Positions 37,947 to 49,877 of a stretch of DNA of 64,000 bases are shown one piece after another (the stretch's first letter is position 1; the number at the start of each line of letters is the position of its first letter). Source of the stretch: Dimorphilus gyrociliatus (Eukaryota; Animalia; Annelida); assembly GCA_904063045.1 (NCBI GenBank), contig CAJFCJ010000051.1, positions 13,231-77,230 on the forward strand, given 5' to 3'. Position numbers and translations under genes: made by a program. The notes beneath the pieces were generated by a model. It worked only from the letters and a program-made list of their open reading frames with translations. It was not told where the DNA came from and did not search any database.

Positions 37947-39416
37947 AGACTCTATTACCAGTATCTCGACCCTACGTTCTATAGTAATTAGAGGGTAACC
38001 TTTCAAAAATCGCAGGTATAACAATCAGGTAAGTCACTTTTCATAAAATGTAACAGAAGAAGACCTAGATTCAATTCTATGTTCCTTCCTCTGTACATAT
38101 ATGGCCAATCCTATTTGCATGGGGCGGTCCAGAGCCCTATTCATTACCGCACCATGAAATATAACTGAATCTAAGATAAGGGGTGATTTCACCTCCAATT
38201 TGGACTTAGAATATTTTTGAAAAATTTATTGACTTTTTTCAGTCGAAATTTTTCTAAGTCCAAAACCTAACACTGTGTTAGGCTGGACTTAGAATATTTT
38301 CGGAAAATATTTTTTCCAAAATCTTTCTAAGTACCCAGGCGAATGTAACGTTTTTACAGGTAATTAACATGACAATGAACTTAGAAAATTAATGATTTTC
38401 GCGAAATCTTTACAAGTCCAGAGCCTCAGTGAAGGCCAATTTTTCAAAATCGTCGGATTGCTTTCAAACTTGAATCCAAGCTTGCCCCTACGTTGGAAAG
38501 ATAGAAAAAAATATTTTTATTTTTCTACCCGAACTCGGAAAATTTTCGATTTTCGAAGCTCAGCCACTCCTGAACTGTAAGAGCTACATGGTCGTGTAGC
38601 ATATCAGTGAAAAGCTCTTTTCGAGCTCTATCACCTCCAACAAAATTGAAACGTCTAGGATGACGCATAACGAAACTCCTAAACGGCCCAGATTTGGGAC
38701 ATTTTTGTCACATCACTGATTTTTTTGGATCAAAACTAACTCTTTGATATATATATCCTTAGGGTACTATGTAGCATAAGGTCTGTAGACCCATGTTAAA
38801 CTTTCAACCCCTTATATATATCAGACACACTTGTTCCTGTATGTAAGGAATACACTGAGAGATGGTTGAAGGTAGAGGTTATGGTTACATTAGACTGCTC
38901 ATGTATGATTGTCAATGGGTTGTCTTTGTGTTGATTGGGAAACCAGAAGGGACCTTTTGTTGGGGAACTTTTGTTCACTGCCAACTGTCAACCATCTGTT
39001 CTCTCATAGAGAGGTGTCTCCCCACAAATTACCCCATTCTTTATTATTTAACAATTGTTCAGAACAGGTCCCATGTCTGTCCAGTCTGTACCTTCTTCTC
39101 TGCTGAGTTAAGTGTTGGTTCCATTATCTTAGGTTAGGGTTAGTTGTAAAGTTTCACTAATTTGTATCTTTTTAGGGGGCTATAGCTTAGGGTTAGGATA
39201 GGTTAGGGTTAGGGTTAGGGTTTTTGTAATGTTGAACTAGATACTAAGATCTAAGTTCTGATGAAAGTTGAATAACTTCCACCAAAGTTTCAAGAGATTC
39301 CACAATGGTATGGAATGCAAGAGTAAGAACACTCTGTACAAGTAAGACTATCTACAACTGATTGATGAAAAATGTTCAGTTTATGTTTTAATTTTTTGAT
39401 GGTTACTAAGAATAGT

Positions 39417-39466
39417 TGACCTACCATGGTTTCGTCTTCCCCTTTTGCAAAGACTCATCAGGGTCA
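39417..39466 (-). ncRNA. Type I hammerhead ribozyme, intact
   Basis: Reverse complement: UGACC CUGAUGA GUCUU UGCAAAAGGGG AAGAC GAAA CCAUGG UA GGUCA. Stem III is the palindrome ACCAUGGU. Confidence 0.92.
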
Positions 39467-40025
39467 TTTCAGAAGATAGCTTCACTTACACTACCTTGAA
39501 GGGGAGGTCAGGACCAATTCTGCAATTGTATCCTGCCTTGCATTCCATTTTTGTCATAAGATTGATGAATGTGTATATATTGAATGGAAGAGGGAATGTT
39601 TTGTAACTGTATGTCTAATGATGTTTGTGTGTGTTTTTTGTAATGTCAACTTGTGGAAGTTGAATTTTGTAATCAATGTATGTTTGTTTGCATGAATGAA
39701 CATATGAGTATTTTTGTGTTTTGTAATAATTTTTGTTTTAATTTTTTTGTAAGCTGGATGATCAGACATAGAATCCAACTTGTACTGTTCTTCAAACCCC
39801 TTGACTCTCCTTACTTCTGATTAGGTTTTTGTAATGTTGAACTAGATACTAAGATCTAAGTTCTGATGAAAGTTGAATAACTTCCACCAAAGTTTCAAGA
39901 GATTCCACAATGGTATGGAATGCAAGAGTAAGAACACTCTGTACAAGCAAGACTATCTACAACTGATTGATGAAAAATGTGTGTTCAGTTTTTGTTCTAA
40001 TTTTTTGATGGTTACTAAGAATAGT

Positions 40026-40075
40026 TGACCTACCATGGTTTCGTCTTCCCCTTTTGCAAAGACTCATCAGGGTCA
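40026..40075 (-). ncRNA. Type I hammerhead ribozyme, intact
   Basis: Identical to the copy at 39417-39466. Confidence 0.92.
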
Positions 40076-40938
40076 TTTCAGAAGATAGCTTCACTTACAC
40101 TACCTTGAAGGGGAGGTCAGGACCAATTCTGCAATTGTATCCTGCCTTGCATTCTATTTTAGTTGGATGATTGTGTTTTAGAGGATACATGTTTGTAATT
40201 TTAATTTTGGAACAGATTTTTTTCTTTGTACAATGTTTGAGTTATGTAGACTGTATAAAGTAAATTCATATTTGTCTGATAAGTCTTATTTCAACAAGGA
40301 AGAAATGGCTTTGTTTAATGAATTAATTTTGAATGGATATGGTTTTTACTTGACAAAGAAACAAAAATTACTTCAAAGAAACAATATTGTACTTTTCTTT
40401 GAACAGATAAATTATAGAAATGTATAACTCACCCTGGTTTTCTTACACGTTGTGTTCTGAAAATTTCTTCCTAATGCAGCCTGTAGAAGGTTTTTGGGTT
40501 ATTTTTGTCTTTGTTTTGTTGTTTCTTGAGGCTGATTTCTTTTTATGATGGTATTTTTTTTCAACTGATGATATGTGGCTTGTTGTTACCCTTTTATAGG
40601 TGGTGGTTATGCAATTGACATATATCAAGATATTGCATTTTTTCTTGAAGGGCATGTTTTACTGTGTAAGTCCTTCCTGGGATATGTCTGTTGACCATCT
40701 GTTGCTTCTATATGGTAAAGTAAATACAAGGGATTTATGATGGACCTACAAATTTAATGAACTACAATAAATGTATTTTTTTTGGTCTAAACAAACACAA
40801 CATCAAAATGGACTAATATAATGTATGTTTTCTAAAATTGCTTTTTTCTTCTTAGGCTTGATAAAATTATTCATTTGAAATATAAACATGCAAAGAATTA
40901 ATAATTTTTATGGTTGAAAGTAACACTTCTGATTAATT

Positions 40939-42000
40939 TTACTGTTGATTTGAAGCTTGGAGAATTGGTCTGTTTAATTTCTTTTTTCTTCCAGTTCTAC
41001 TTTGTTGTTGTTGAAAGACTTCTTTACACTTGACCATAATTTCATTGGTAATCAAGTGTTGAACAATATTTCTCAAAGAAGACATCTTTCCAGGCAGAAC
41101 AATACCATGAAAAGGATCTCCTCTTATGATGGTATTAATATCAATAATTTTTGTAAACATGTTGTTCAAGTTTTCAGATTGTGAGGCTGGTTGTTGATGC
41201 AGATCACTTTTTTTGATGTTATATTGCATAAATAATAAGCATTCATTAGTAACTCCAGTGCTTTTATACAAAGCTTTAAAATTATCATCAGCATCATTAA
41301 TGGTGTTAAAGGGAATGTGAAGTGCTGTTATATGACTTTTTATTTTCCATTTGGATATAATTTCTTTACAATTTTGAAAGGTTAAGCCAGAAATGTTTAT
41401 AATGAGAACAGTTCCAAAAAAGCTGATGTTTCTTTTAACATCTTCTACCTGAATTAAATCTAAGTCACCCAAACTTTCATCACTTAAAAGAAGTAAATTA
41501 ATTTTGTTGGGAAATCCTACAGCTGGTTGTTGTATTTTCATAAGATTGGTAATTTCTTCCTTTCCAAGATTCACTCCAATTTCTGTAAAAGATCTTACCA
41601 TTTCATTAATATTTGAATTGTGTTTTCTATTAATTTTCATGGTATTGTTATATTTTAGAATATCATCAGTTTCATTAAGTTGTTGTAAAATCAATTCTAC
41701 CAATTGTTCCTTGTTGATACTATTTGATATGCCTTCTTCATTAAGCCACAATTTTTCATTGCAAAATTTTTTAAACTTTAACATTTTTTCTACAACATCT
41801 TTCTCATATTGACTTGGATCAAAAGTTGGTGGGTGAATTTTATTGTCTCTTTTAAACCTTTGAAGATGATTATAAAAAGTTCCAAAATTGAAAAATTGTT
41901 CAAAAGAACATTGCAGGAAATGTTCCATTTCAATTGTTTCATTGATGATTATTTGGTCATTTTCTACTCTTTGAACTTGATTTGGTTGCATGTTTGCCAT
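40939..42000 (-). CDS. Element-borne protein with SGNH/GDSL-esterase-like C-terminal domain, 353 aa
   Basis: Open ORF with a splice acceptor 10 nt before the ATG. Motifs: LLLLSDESL, IISKWKI, LHIPFN, GDPFH (block V DxxH-like). Confidence 0.65.
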   Translation of the reverse strand: MANMQPNQVQRVENDQIIINETIEMEHFLQCSFEQFFNFGTFYNHLQRFKRDNKIHPPTFDPSQYEKDVVEKMLKFKKFCNEKLWLNEEGISNSINKEQLVELILQQLNETDDILKYNNTMKINRKHNSNINEMVRSFTEIGVNLGKEEITNLMKIQQPAVGFPNKINLLLLSDESLGDLDLIQVEDVKRNISFFGTVLIINISGLTFQNCKEIISKWKIKSHITALHIPFNTINDADDNFKALYKSTGVTNECLLFMQYNIKKSDLHQQPASQSENLNNMFTKIIDINTIIRGDPFHGIVLPGKMSSLRNIVQHLITNEIMVKCKEVFQQQQSRTGRKKKLNRPILQASNQQ

Positions 42001-42167
42001 TTTGGAAGATCTAAATACAAGAAATTTTTATTGTAAAAGTTTTTGCAATTTTGTAACATAATACAAAAAATAATTTTAAATGAAGAAAGATAGACTACAT
42101 GAACATAGGCTACACTGAACAGAATTAATCATTCTAAACTAAATCCTTCTAAAAATGTATTCAAAGC

Positions 42168-45100
42168 TTAAATTTTCTTCTTAATCCTACGTCCAGTTCT
42201 AATTATTTTCTCCACAGCAGTTGTTGGTTGTAAATCATCTGTTTTATCATCCATCTTTCTTTTTGTGGCAAACTTTCTTGTTATTGTATCAAATTTAGGT
42301 CTTTTCTCTGGTAGAGAAGAAGGAGTAGTAGAGTTAGATGTATTATCAGACACATTTTTTCTTTTGTAAAAATGTTTGATTGTAGGTGGTACAGCTTTAT
42401 TCATTGAATCTTGGTATTTTTGTGGTGTTTCCTTATCTGATGAACTCTTTTTATCAAATAAAGATGATATATTGTGTTTTTCCTGTTTAAAGTAAACATT
42501 GTTATTAATTAATTTGAAATAACTACTGACATTGTTTGTAAAAGCAAATATCAGGGGAATATTTTTATATACCAAATAATTTTTTCCAAAATTTCTATAA
42601 GTTATTGCTATTTTTTTTAATAAGGGTCCAATATCATTTCTATATGGAATAACAAATGGTACTCTTGTAAAAACTTGACAACTGGTGTATCTGGCTAAAC
42701 CAAAGGGATAATAAAGAATATGTTTCATATTCAAGTGATAAACATATCTATTAATTTCAACAGTTGATATATCTTTTTCAATTTGTTCATAGGGAAATAT
42801 TGTTATGTTTAATTGATTTTCTGCAAAATGTTGATGTTGTATAAAGTTTTCAACAAGCTCATCATTTTTTAATTCTAAATATTTTCTTAATAGAAGGTGT
42901 CTTAGTGTTTGGAATATGTTGACTTTGGTATATTGTTCTTGTAAGTGGAAATACATCAATTGTGCACATTCTTTACATTGTAGAAGAAATATTTTTGAAT
43001 TTTTTGTTATCAAGTCTATTGAATTTTTCCTATAGAAGAAATTTAATCTAAGAGGGCAGAATATCTTTTCTCTGGTGTTAAAATATATGTTTAAGTCTTC
43101 AGGAATGCAAAGATTCTTATTTCTATTTTCTTCTAAATTGTATTGGTATTTTTCTTTCTTGTATTTTTCTTCAAGCACTGTATTTATTGCCTTCCGAATT
43201 TCTTTTGATGTGTAGCCTTGGTATAAAAGAGGTTTCATTACAGTTTGACAAGTTTGAAAAAAAAGAAATTGTGAGGAGCTATTGTTAAGAAATCTTTGAA
43301 ATTGAGATTTTAGCAGTCCTTTAAAAACATGCTTGGGATGAAGAGAACTCTTGTGAAGTTGATGAAAAGTATCACATTCTTTAAAGAAAGTCATATAATC
43401 AAGTTGATTGTTTGAAAGAAATCTTGTTCCCTTAAAGAGAGTTAAATCTAAGAAATTGATGCAATTATAGCTGACAGTTTCTTCAAACTTTAAATTTTTC
43501 AATATATTATTTGCTTTCTGAAGATACTTGTGAAATTCAGGCACTCCACTTGTCCAAATTAAGAAAATATCATCCAAATATCTCTTGTAAAATAGAGGCT
43601 TAGGCTTAATATTAAAGAGGTATAATTCTTCAATCCAAGCCATCCATATATTTGCATAGGCTGGAGCATAACTTTGACCCATTGCACAACCACTTTTTTG
43701 CAAGTAAATATTGTCTATAAATTTAAAGTGATTCTTATGTAAGTTGAATTTGAGAAGTTCAATGAGAAACATGTCAGGCCTCTCCTGGGAAGGATATTTT
43801 TCTAAGAAATATTTTATAGCTTTTAGTCCAGTGTAAGTATCAATATTGGTATACATACTTTTAATATCAAATGTCACAAGGAGAGAATCATCTGGAATTT
43901 TTATTCTATCCAGTTCATCTAAAAGGTGTTGAGAATTGCCAATATATGAAGAATGCAGCATGCTAATTGGCTTGAGGTAATGAGCTAAATATCTTGATAT
44001 TTCATAGGATTCTGTTCTTAAATTACTAACAACAGGTCTGCCTTTAGGAATTTTTCCTTTTATTAGCCATTGATCTGGTTCTTTATGAATTTTCGGCAAG
44101 CCATAAAATATTCTATTTTCAAAAGAATGCTTCCTTGTAGATACAGAATTTAACAAATGTTTATATTCTTCTTCACATAAACAAACTTTAAATGTTTCAA
44201 TTAGGTCTTTATAATACTTCACAGATTTTTGTAAAAACTGGTCACCACAAATATTAATATTTGAACTTGTTGATAATTGACAATATTGTTTATTATTAGA
44301 GAGTAATTGATTGCACATGTAGACATAATCTTCGGTGTTTTGTATTACAATACAAGATCCTTTATCTGATGGTTTAATTACAATGTTTAAGGATAAAAAC
44401 TTTGTTAATGACCTGAAGAATTCCTTGTCAAATTTTCTATATTTATTGAAATTGTCTTTAAAAATATTATTCTGTATTGCTTTTTTACAACATTTAAAAA
44501 ATTGCATCATATTATCACAGTCATCATCACTCTCTTCTGTATCATCTTGTTCATCTATGTAAGATATCACTTTTTCACATTCCTTTGGTTTCCATTTATT
44601 TTTAATAAATCTAAGATTTCCCACTCTTGTTTGACTATTTTGTTTTTTAATAATTGATAGCTTTTTAAAAAATTTCTCTAAATTGAATAGTGTATATTGT
44701 TTCCATTTTGTTGGTTTAACATGTTCATACACAAACTTTAAACCCAATTTTAAAAAATTATTAATATCATTAGGAATCTGATATTTGCTTAAATTAACAA
44801 TGTACTGAGTATTTAATTGTCTATAGAAAGTTAAAAATGCTACCTTGTTGATTGTTGCATCCATTTCACAGTTTCTCTCATTGGGATGTTTGCTAATTTT
44901 GTGTAAAGTTTTCATTACCAAGTCAATAGAAAACTCTTGAGCTTTCTTGGTTAAATGCTTGGATTTGGAGTTTCCAGTTGGATTTTCCAAATATCCCAAT
45001 TTTCTCATGTCTGTCAAATCAATAAGAGAGGCTTGATTATTTATAGCCTTTTGAATATCTTTACAGGAAGACAGCAGTTTGGTTCCAAAAGGAATGGCTA

Positions 45101-46790
45101 GAATTACGTTCTTGCAAGTTCCAAACTTATCTTTTAGTAATGTAGCTACTCCAAGGGTTTGTTTAGAAGAATTCAAATTAGCATGTATGAATATATATTG
45201 ATATTGAATATTCCAATTTGTTAAAATTGGTAAAATATCATCATAATTTAATTGACTGATGTTAATTATTATTCCAGTTTTAACACTGTTATATTTTGAA
45301 GCTGATAGTGAAATATTCTTTACTGCAACATCCCTAAATGAACTGTCAGAAATCATTAGAAATTCTGCTTTCATTGGTACATTTGGTGGTAGTAATTTTG
45401 AATAATGCTTTGCTTCTTTGTCTGATAAAAAATTCTTTCCACATTCTGCATAGAGATGAATCAATTTTTTATCTTTCCTATAATTATTTCTCAGTATCAT
45501 TCTCCAACCTTTATATTTTCTGATGTGATCTGTTATGCTCAAGACTAGTGAATTTATGCCATCAATAGTAGTATTAATATTATTTTGGATATTTTCATTA
45601 ACTTGATCTTCAGATCTCTTCTGTTCCAAAGCTAACCAAAGGTCATCATCAAATAGGTCAAGTTCACTAGAATCAATTAAGATGTTTGTATTAGTATCTA
45701 TGGGTGAATATGTTTTTAGAGGTGATTGTAATAGAAGAGATTCATTTCTTTTTTCATCCATAGGTGCTATTAAATGATTGCTTTCTTTTTCAACAAATCC
45801 AGCTGTTTCCAAATGATCAATGTCAATAAAGTTCATCTTTTCAATTACTGATTGATCATCTTTTGCTTCTTGAGCCTTCTTACAGATTGAGGTTTCACAT
45901 TCTGATTCATTAATAATAGATAAAACATCTTCTATGACTTTGCCTTCTAATTTGGTTGATTTTTCTTGGTGTTCTTTGAGACTTTTCTTGTTATTCCTGA
46001 TTTGGTCATTAATTATAATATGATTTTTCACAATTACTGGAGTTTCTTGAACAGTCTTGAAATTTTCTTCTTTCTGGATTATCAGTGTTTCTTCAATTTC
46101 TCTATTTGTTTCTTCTTTCTCAATCATTTGTAGATCTTGGATTTCTTTATCACATATCATTTTCTCAGAGACTAATTCTTTGTCCAGTTTCTTAATACTT
46201 GTGGTAATCTTATTTTTGGTGTCTTGATTTTTCTTATTATTTCCATTGTACTCTCCTTCAGGCATTTCTTCAGTTTGACCCTTTTTCTTACGGTTGACAT
46301 TGTTTTTACATCTCATACAGAATGTAAATAATATATCCTTTGTTTTCTGAACAAATTCTTTATCCAATTTTAAAGATTTTTCTAAGAAGATCTTGGAAAT
46401 CCATTTCTTGATATCAATCCCATCAAACTGTTTACATAGAATACCAAAAGTAGAACAATAGTTTTCCAATATGAGAAACTCTTCCAGATTTTCCATGTAT
46501 TTCTTTTCAATTAAATCTTTGAAATTGTTGTAATCTTCCTTCATGGATTCTTGGAAAGGCTTTGTTATAGCAAACCTATTTGTAAAGTATAAAGAGTCTG
46601 ATAAACTGCAGATTTTTTTAAAAGGAACTCTGGTATGTTTTTCAATATGTTTGTCAATGACAAATTTAAGTTGTTTATACATATCATATTTTGCTGTATT
46701 TAAATTGAGTTTGAAACATTCCTTTTCCTCAAAGATGTCTGGGTAAAACCATGGATAGAGTTGTTGCTTTGCTTTCTTTTTTTTTTCCAT
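42168..46790 (-). CDS. Penelope-like reverse transcriptase polyprotein (SGNH-like domain, RT, thumb, degenerate GIY-YIG), ~1540 aa
   Basis: Uninterrupted ORF with PLE motifs LKLGLKF, IKPSDKG, FYGLPKIHK, GRPVVS, FDIKSMYTNI, GCAMGQSYAP, YLDD, NFLDL and HPKHVFKG. A GIY-YIG-like remnant runs KIFLLQCKEC...YPFGL. Confidence 0.92.
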   Translation of the reverse strand: MEKKKKAKQQLYPWFYPDIFEEKECFKLNLNTAKYDMYKQLKFVIDKHIEKHTRVPFKKICSLSDSLYFTNRFAITKPFQESMKEDYNNFKDLIEKKYMENLEEFLILENYCSTFGILCKQFDGIDIKKWISKIFLEKSLKLDKEFVQKTKDILFTFCMRCKNNVNRKKKGQTEEMPEGEYNGNNKKNQDTKNKITTSIKKLDKELVSEKMICDKEIQDLQMIEKEETNREIEETLIIQKEENFKTVQETPVIVKNHIIINDQIRNNKKSLKEHQEKSTKLEGKVIEDVLSIINESECETSICKKAQEAKDDQSVIEKMNFIDIDHLETAGFVEKESNHLIAPMDEKRNESLLLQSPLKTYSPIDTNTNILIDSSELDLFDDDLWLALEQKRSEDQVNENIQNNINTTIDGINSLVLSITDHIRKYKGWRMILRNNYRKDKKLIHLYAECGKNFLSDKEAKHYSKLLPPNVPMKAEFLMISDSSFRDVAVKNISLSASKYNSVKTGIIINISQLNYDDILPILTNWNIQYQYIFIHANLNSSKQTLGVATLLKDKFGTCKNVILAIPFGTKLLSSCKDIQKAINNQASLIDLTDMRKLGYLENPTGNSKSKHLTKKAQEFSIDLVMKTLHKISKHPNERNCEMDATINKVAFLTFYRQLNTQYIVNLSKYQIPNDINNFLKLGLKFVYEHVKPTKWKQYTLFNLEKFFKKLSIIKKQNSQTRVGNLRFIKNKWKPKECEKVISYIDEQDDTEESDDDCDNMMQFFKCCKKAIQNNIFKDNFNKYRKFDKEFFRSLTKFLSLNIVIKPSDKGSCIVIQNTEDYVYMCNQLLSNNKQYCQLSTSSNINICGDQFLQKSVKYYKDLIETFKVCLCEEEYKHLLNSVSTRKHSFENRIFYGLPKIHKEPDQWLIKGKIPKGRPVVSNLRTESYEISRYLAHYLKPISMLHSSYIGNSQHLLDELDRIKIPDDSLLVTFDIKSMYTNIDTYTGLKAIKYFLEKYPSQERPDMFLIELLKFNLHKNHFKFIDNIYLQKSGCAMGQSYAPAYANIWMAWIEELYLFNIKPKPLFYKRYLDDIFLIWTSGVPEFHKYLQKANNILKNLKFEETVSYNCINFLDLTLFKGTRFLSNNQLDYMTFFKECDTFHQLHKSSLHPKHVFKGLLKSQFQRFLNNSSSQFLFFQTCQTVMKPLLYQGYTSKEIRKAINTVLEEKYKKEKYQYNLEENRNKNLCIPEDLNIYFNTREKIFCPLRLNFFYRKNSIDLITKNSKIFLLQCKECAQLMYFHLQEQYTKVNIFQTLRHLLLRKYLELKNDELVENFIQHQHFAENQLNITIFPYEQIEKDISTVEINRYVYHLNMKHILYYPFGLARYTSCQVFTRVPFVIPYRNDIGPLLKKIAITYRNFGKNYLVYKNIPLIFAFTNNVSSYFKLINNNVYFKQEKHNISSLFDKKSSSDKETPQKYQDSMNKAVPPTIKHFYKRKNVSDNTSNSTTPSSLPEKRPKFDTITRKFATKRKMDDKTDDLQPTTAVEKIIRTGRRIKKKI

Positions 46791-49700
46791 CACAACTTGT
46801 TATTCTTTCTTAAACAAATAACAAAAAAGAAACAAAACGTAAACTTTTATTTAATTAGCCTGTTACAAGTGTGACACATCCATTTGAGATACTTTTCTGA
46901 ATAAATAAATTTCAGATTATCCTACTATTTATAAACAGAGTGACGTTCTAATTAAAAACACACTGGTCATTTATTAAAAGGCACTCCTTCAAAAGATGAA
47001 CTGTAGGGAAATTGATAACCTTAATGGTGAACTTTTTTCCTTACAATCTAACGTTGAAATAAAAAAAGAAAAATATTTGTATTTTACATTAATATAGAAT
47101 GCCTGAAAAGGGCTCCAGAAAAATATCTCATTGCATTTATTACAAAGAATCAATTAAAACTGATAAAATTCATAGCCTAATGGCTGTCAATTTTATCTAG
47201 AAACAGAAAACTCTTCTAAACAATTTATAAAGTACTTACAATACTTCTGGAATATTCTTTTAGATGTATAGTTGATGGTAGAATTATTTGAGCAGCAAAT
47301 ACAATACTTCTGATGAGATCCTATTTAGATTTTTTAATATTGAGTTTTTTTACAAAAAAATTATCTTTTTTACTAATATTCTATTTACCTTTCTTTTAAG
47401 TAGATTGATTCTTCAAATGCACTTTTGATGAAAATATGCTGAAAAAATGGTAAGTTTAAAAAGAATTTTGTTTAAAGGGAAAGGTAGACAATAAATCAAG
47501 TAGAAAATCCTTGAAAAAAATTGATACATACATCAGAGTGTAGTCAAGAGACAATCCTTCCTCTATGGTGACGAATGGTAGAATGCCTATAACATAGGTT
47601 TATATACTCTTTGGAGAAAAGACCCCCATGTCAGAAAAGACCCTTGATAAACTGTTATCAAAACATATCACTTTCCAACACAATTTCACATTACATAACA
47701 GGAGATAAAGATTTTCTTATCAAAAACTGACAGGGAACCTGAAAAACCCTGATGGCTATATACAAATGCTAATACTTTATTTACAAAAGAAAAAGAAAGA
47801 AGTTATGTAAAAAAAATTGTTAATTTTGACCTGAATTTAGTAAAATATTTCTGACAGACAACTTTGATAATTATCATAAAACTAAAAATTATGTGTATTG
47901 CACTTTCTAATTGTTTAATTAGTTTTAATTAGAAACTAAAGAATTTCCACAATTTGTTTTTGACATTTGATTGAAAAGCTATATCTCTTGACAGTTAAAT
48001 CTCAAAATGTTAAAAATATTTAAATTTATATGAAATATAATAATGTATACACAACTTTACCTAAATTTTTACTTTCATAGTTGAAATTCTTGTAATAAAT
48101 AGTACTATATCAAATTCTTAAGATATAACTTTCAAGTCAAATAGGTTTTCTCTAATTCTTTTGCATTTAAACTGTCAATATGTGTAAAATTTATTAAAAT
48201 CTATGATAGCAAAAAGGACTTTGTTACCATTATCTAGTCATAAACATTACATATAAGGCTACCCTAAGCTAACGTTTTCAACCTTGAGAACAATAATTTT
48301 TAATAGAAGTAAATTTTGGAAAAAAACGGAGGTAAGGTAAAGTTCAGAATGGAACAGCTGGGAATTGAAGTCAATTGGAAACAACAAAACCATAGACCAT
48401 CTGGCCAACTTATAGCATCTGGATGAGAAATTGGAGGAGCAAAGAAAAAGCCAAGAGAAAAAACATATTGTAAACATTAAGGCTGCCCAAGAAATCTTTC
48501 CCATCTATGTTAAAACCCTAGATTTTATCTATGACACTATTAATTTTAATGATTATTGGAATTTATTCTATTTTTCTATTTCATTTTCAGCCTTTGATCT
48601 GTACTGGTAGGAATAGCTATAAGACTGCCTTTTCAAGCTGAACTAGAACAACCTGGAGCAGTCATACAGAGAGATCAACTATATAACAGTTGTTTCTGTG
48701 CACTAATAATTTTCTTCCTTGTTATACTCTTTAAAATTGAAGGCTTTGGTAACTGAATATTACCTAAAATATTTGGAGCACCTGATGTATATTGGATCCA
48801 GTAATTTTGTACCAAAATTTGTAATAACCAACTTTGATGAAGAGAGGCAGACTAAAAATTTTTTACATTTTACTTTGTTGTTGTTTTATTTGTTTTGAAC
48901 AAAATTTAAAGAATTTAAATTGTTTTCTTTACTTAACTTCTTGAATTGCTCTTTTTCTTGTAAGTTAAATTTTTCAATGATAATAATGTGCAAATTTTTT
49001 TTAATTATAATAATGTTTATTCAAATTTTTGTAACTTATCAATTTCATAATTAAAATTCTTTTAATAAACTGAAATATATCTGATTTTTAAGATTTAACT
49101 TACAAGAGAAATATGTTAATTTTAATTATTTTACATTTAGCTGAAAAATGAGCACAAACTTTTGTATAAACTATTAACTCAATCTGAACTGCACTTGCCA
49201 AAAAAATGAGAAGAGTTGTTCTTTGGATAAAACATATTATTATATTCCTATAGTATTGTCAATTGAAAGAAAGGATAGATTATTGTCACTATAGATGATC
49301 TAGGCAAACCTACAACAATAACACCAACCAATTTTATAAGATTGTCTAAGATACCAATTAGTGATAGGAAATACAACTAGTAAATCTCTTTCTTTTCCAG
49401 ATGTTGGTGTAATTGCCAATTGTGACTAAACTTGAGAGTTTAGCACTGTCATTTTATTTTTATGTTAATTCTGCTGTTCCTGAAGTTGGAATTGTTAAAA
49501 ATTTGAACTTTACTTCTTTTTGTCATCTTTCAATTCTTTCGTTTTATATTATTTAAAATTATTGTCAAGAAAATTGAAAAATTATATATGCTAATAATCT
49601 AATAATAACTTTTAATAGTTTTGAGTAGAAGTACAGGTTTTAACGAACCCTTTGAAGCTTAAAGCCTAGGGTAATATATTTGAAGTTAAGTGTAATGTCT

Positions 49701-49877
49701 GTGTTATTTTTTTTGGGAAGCCATTACATTGGCACCTGACACACATAGCAAGTAGAATAATATACAAAGATTGAAAAAGATATAAAAGGGTTTTAAATAT
49801 AGATTGTAATGTTGGATTAGTAACACTGCATAATTATAATCAAGAACTGTTAATGCAAAAAAATTAGAATGACAAAT

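Larger units (their letters stand above)
39218..40154 (-). repeat. Tandem ~330-bp pseudo-LTR direct repeats (39218-39545, 39823-40154)
   Basis: Near-identical copies about 605-609 bp apart, each containing a hammerhead. Homologous to module C at 19184-19520. Confidence 0.9.
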
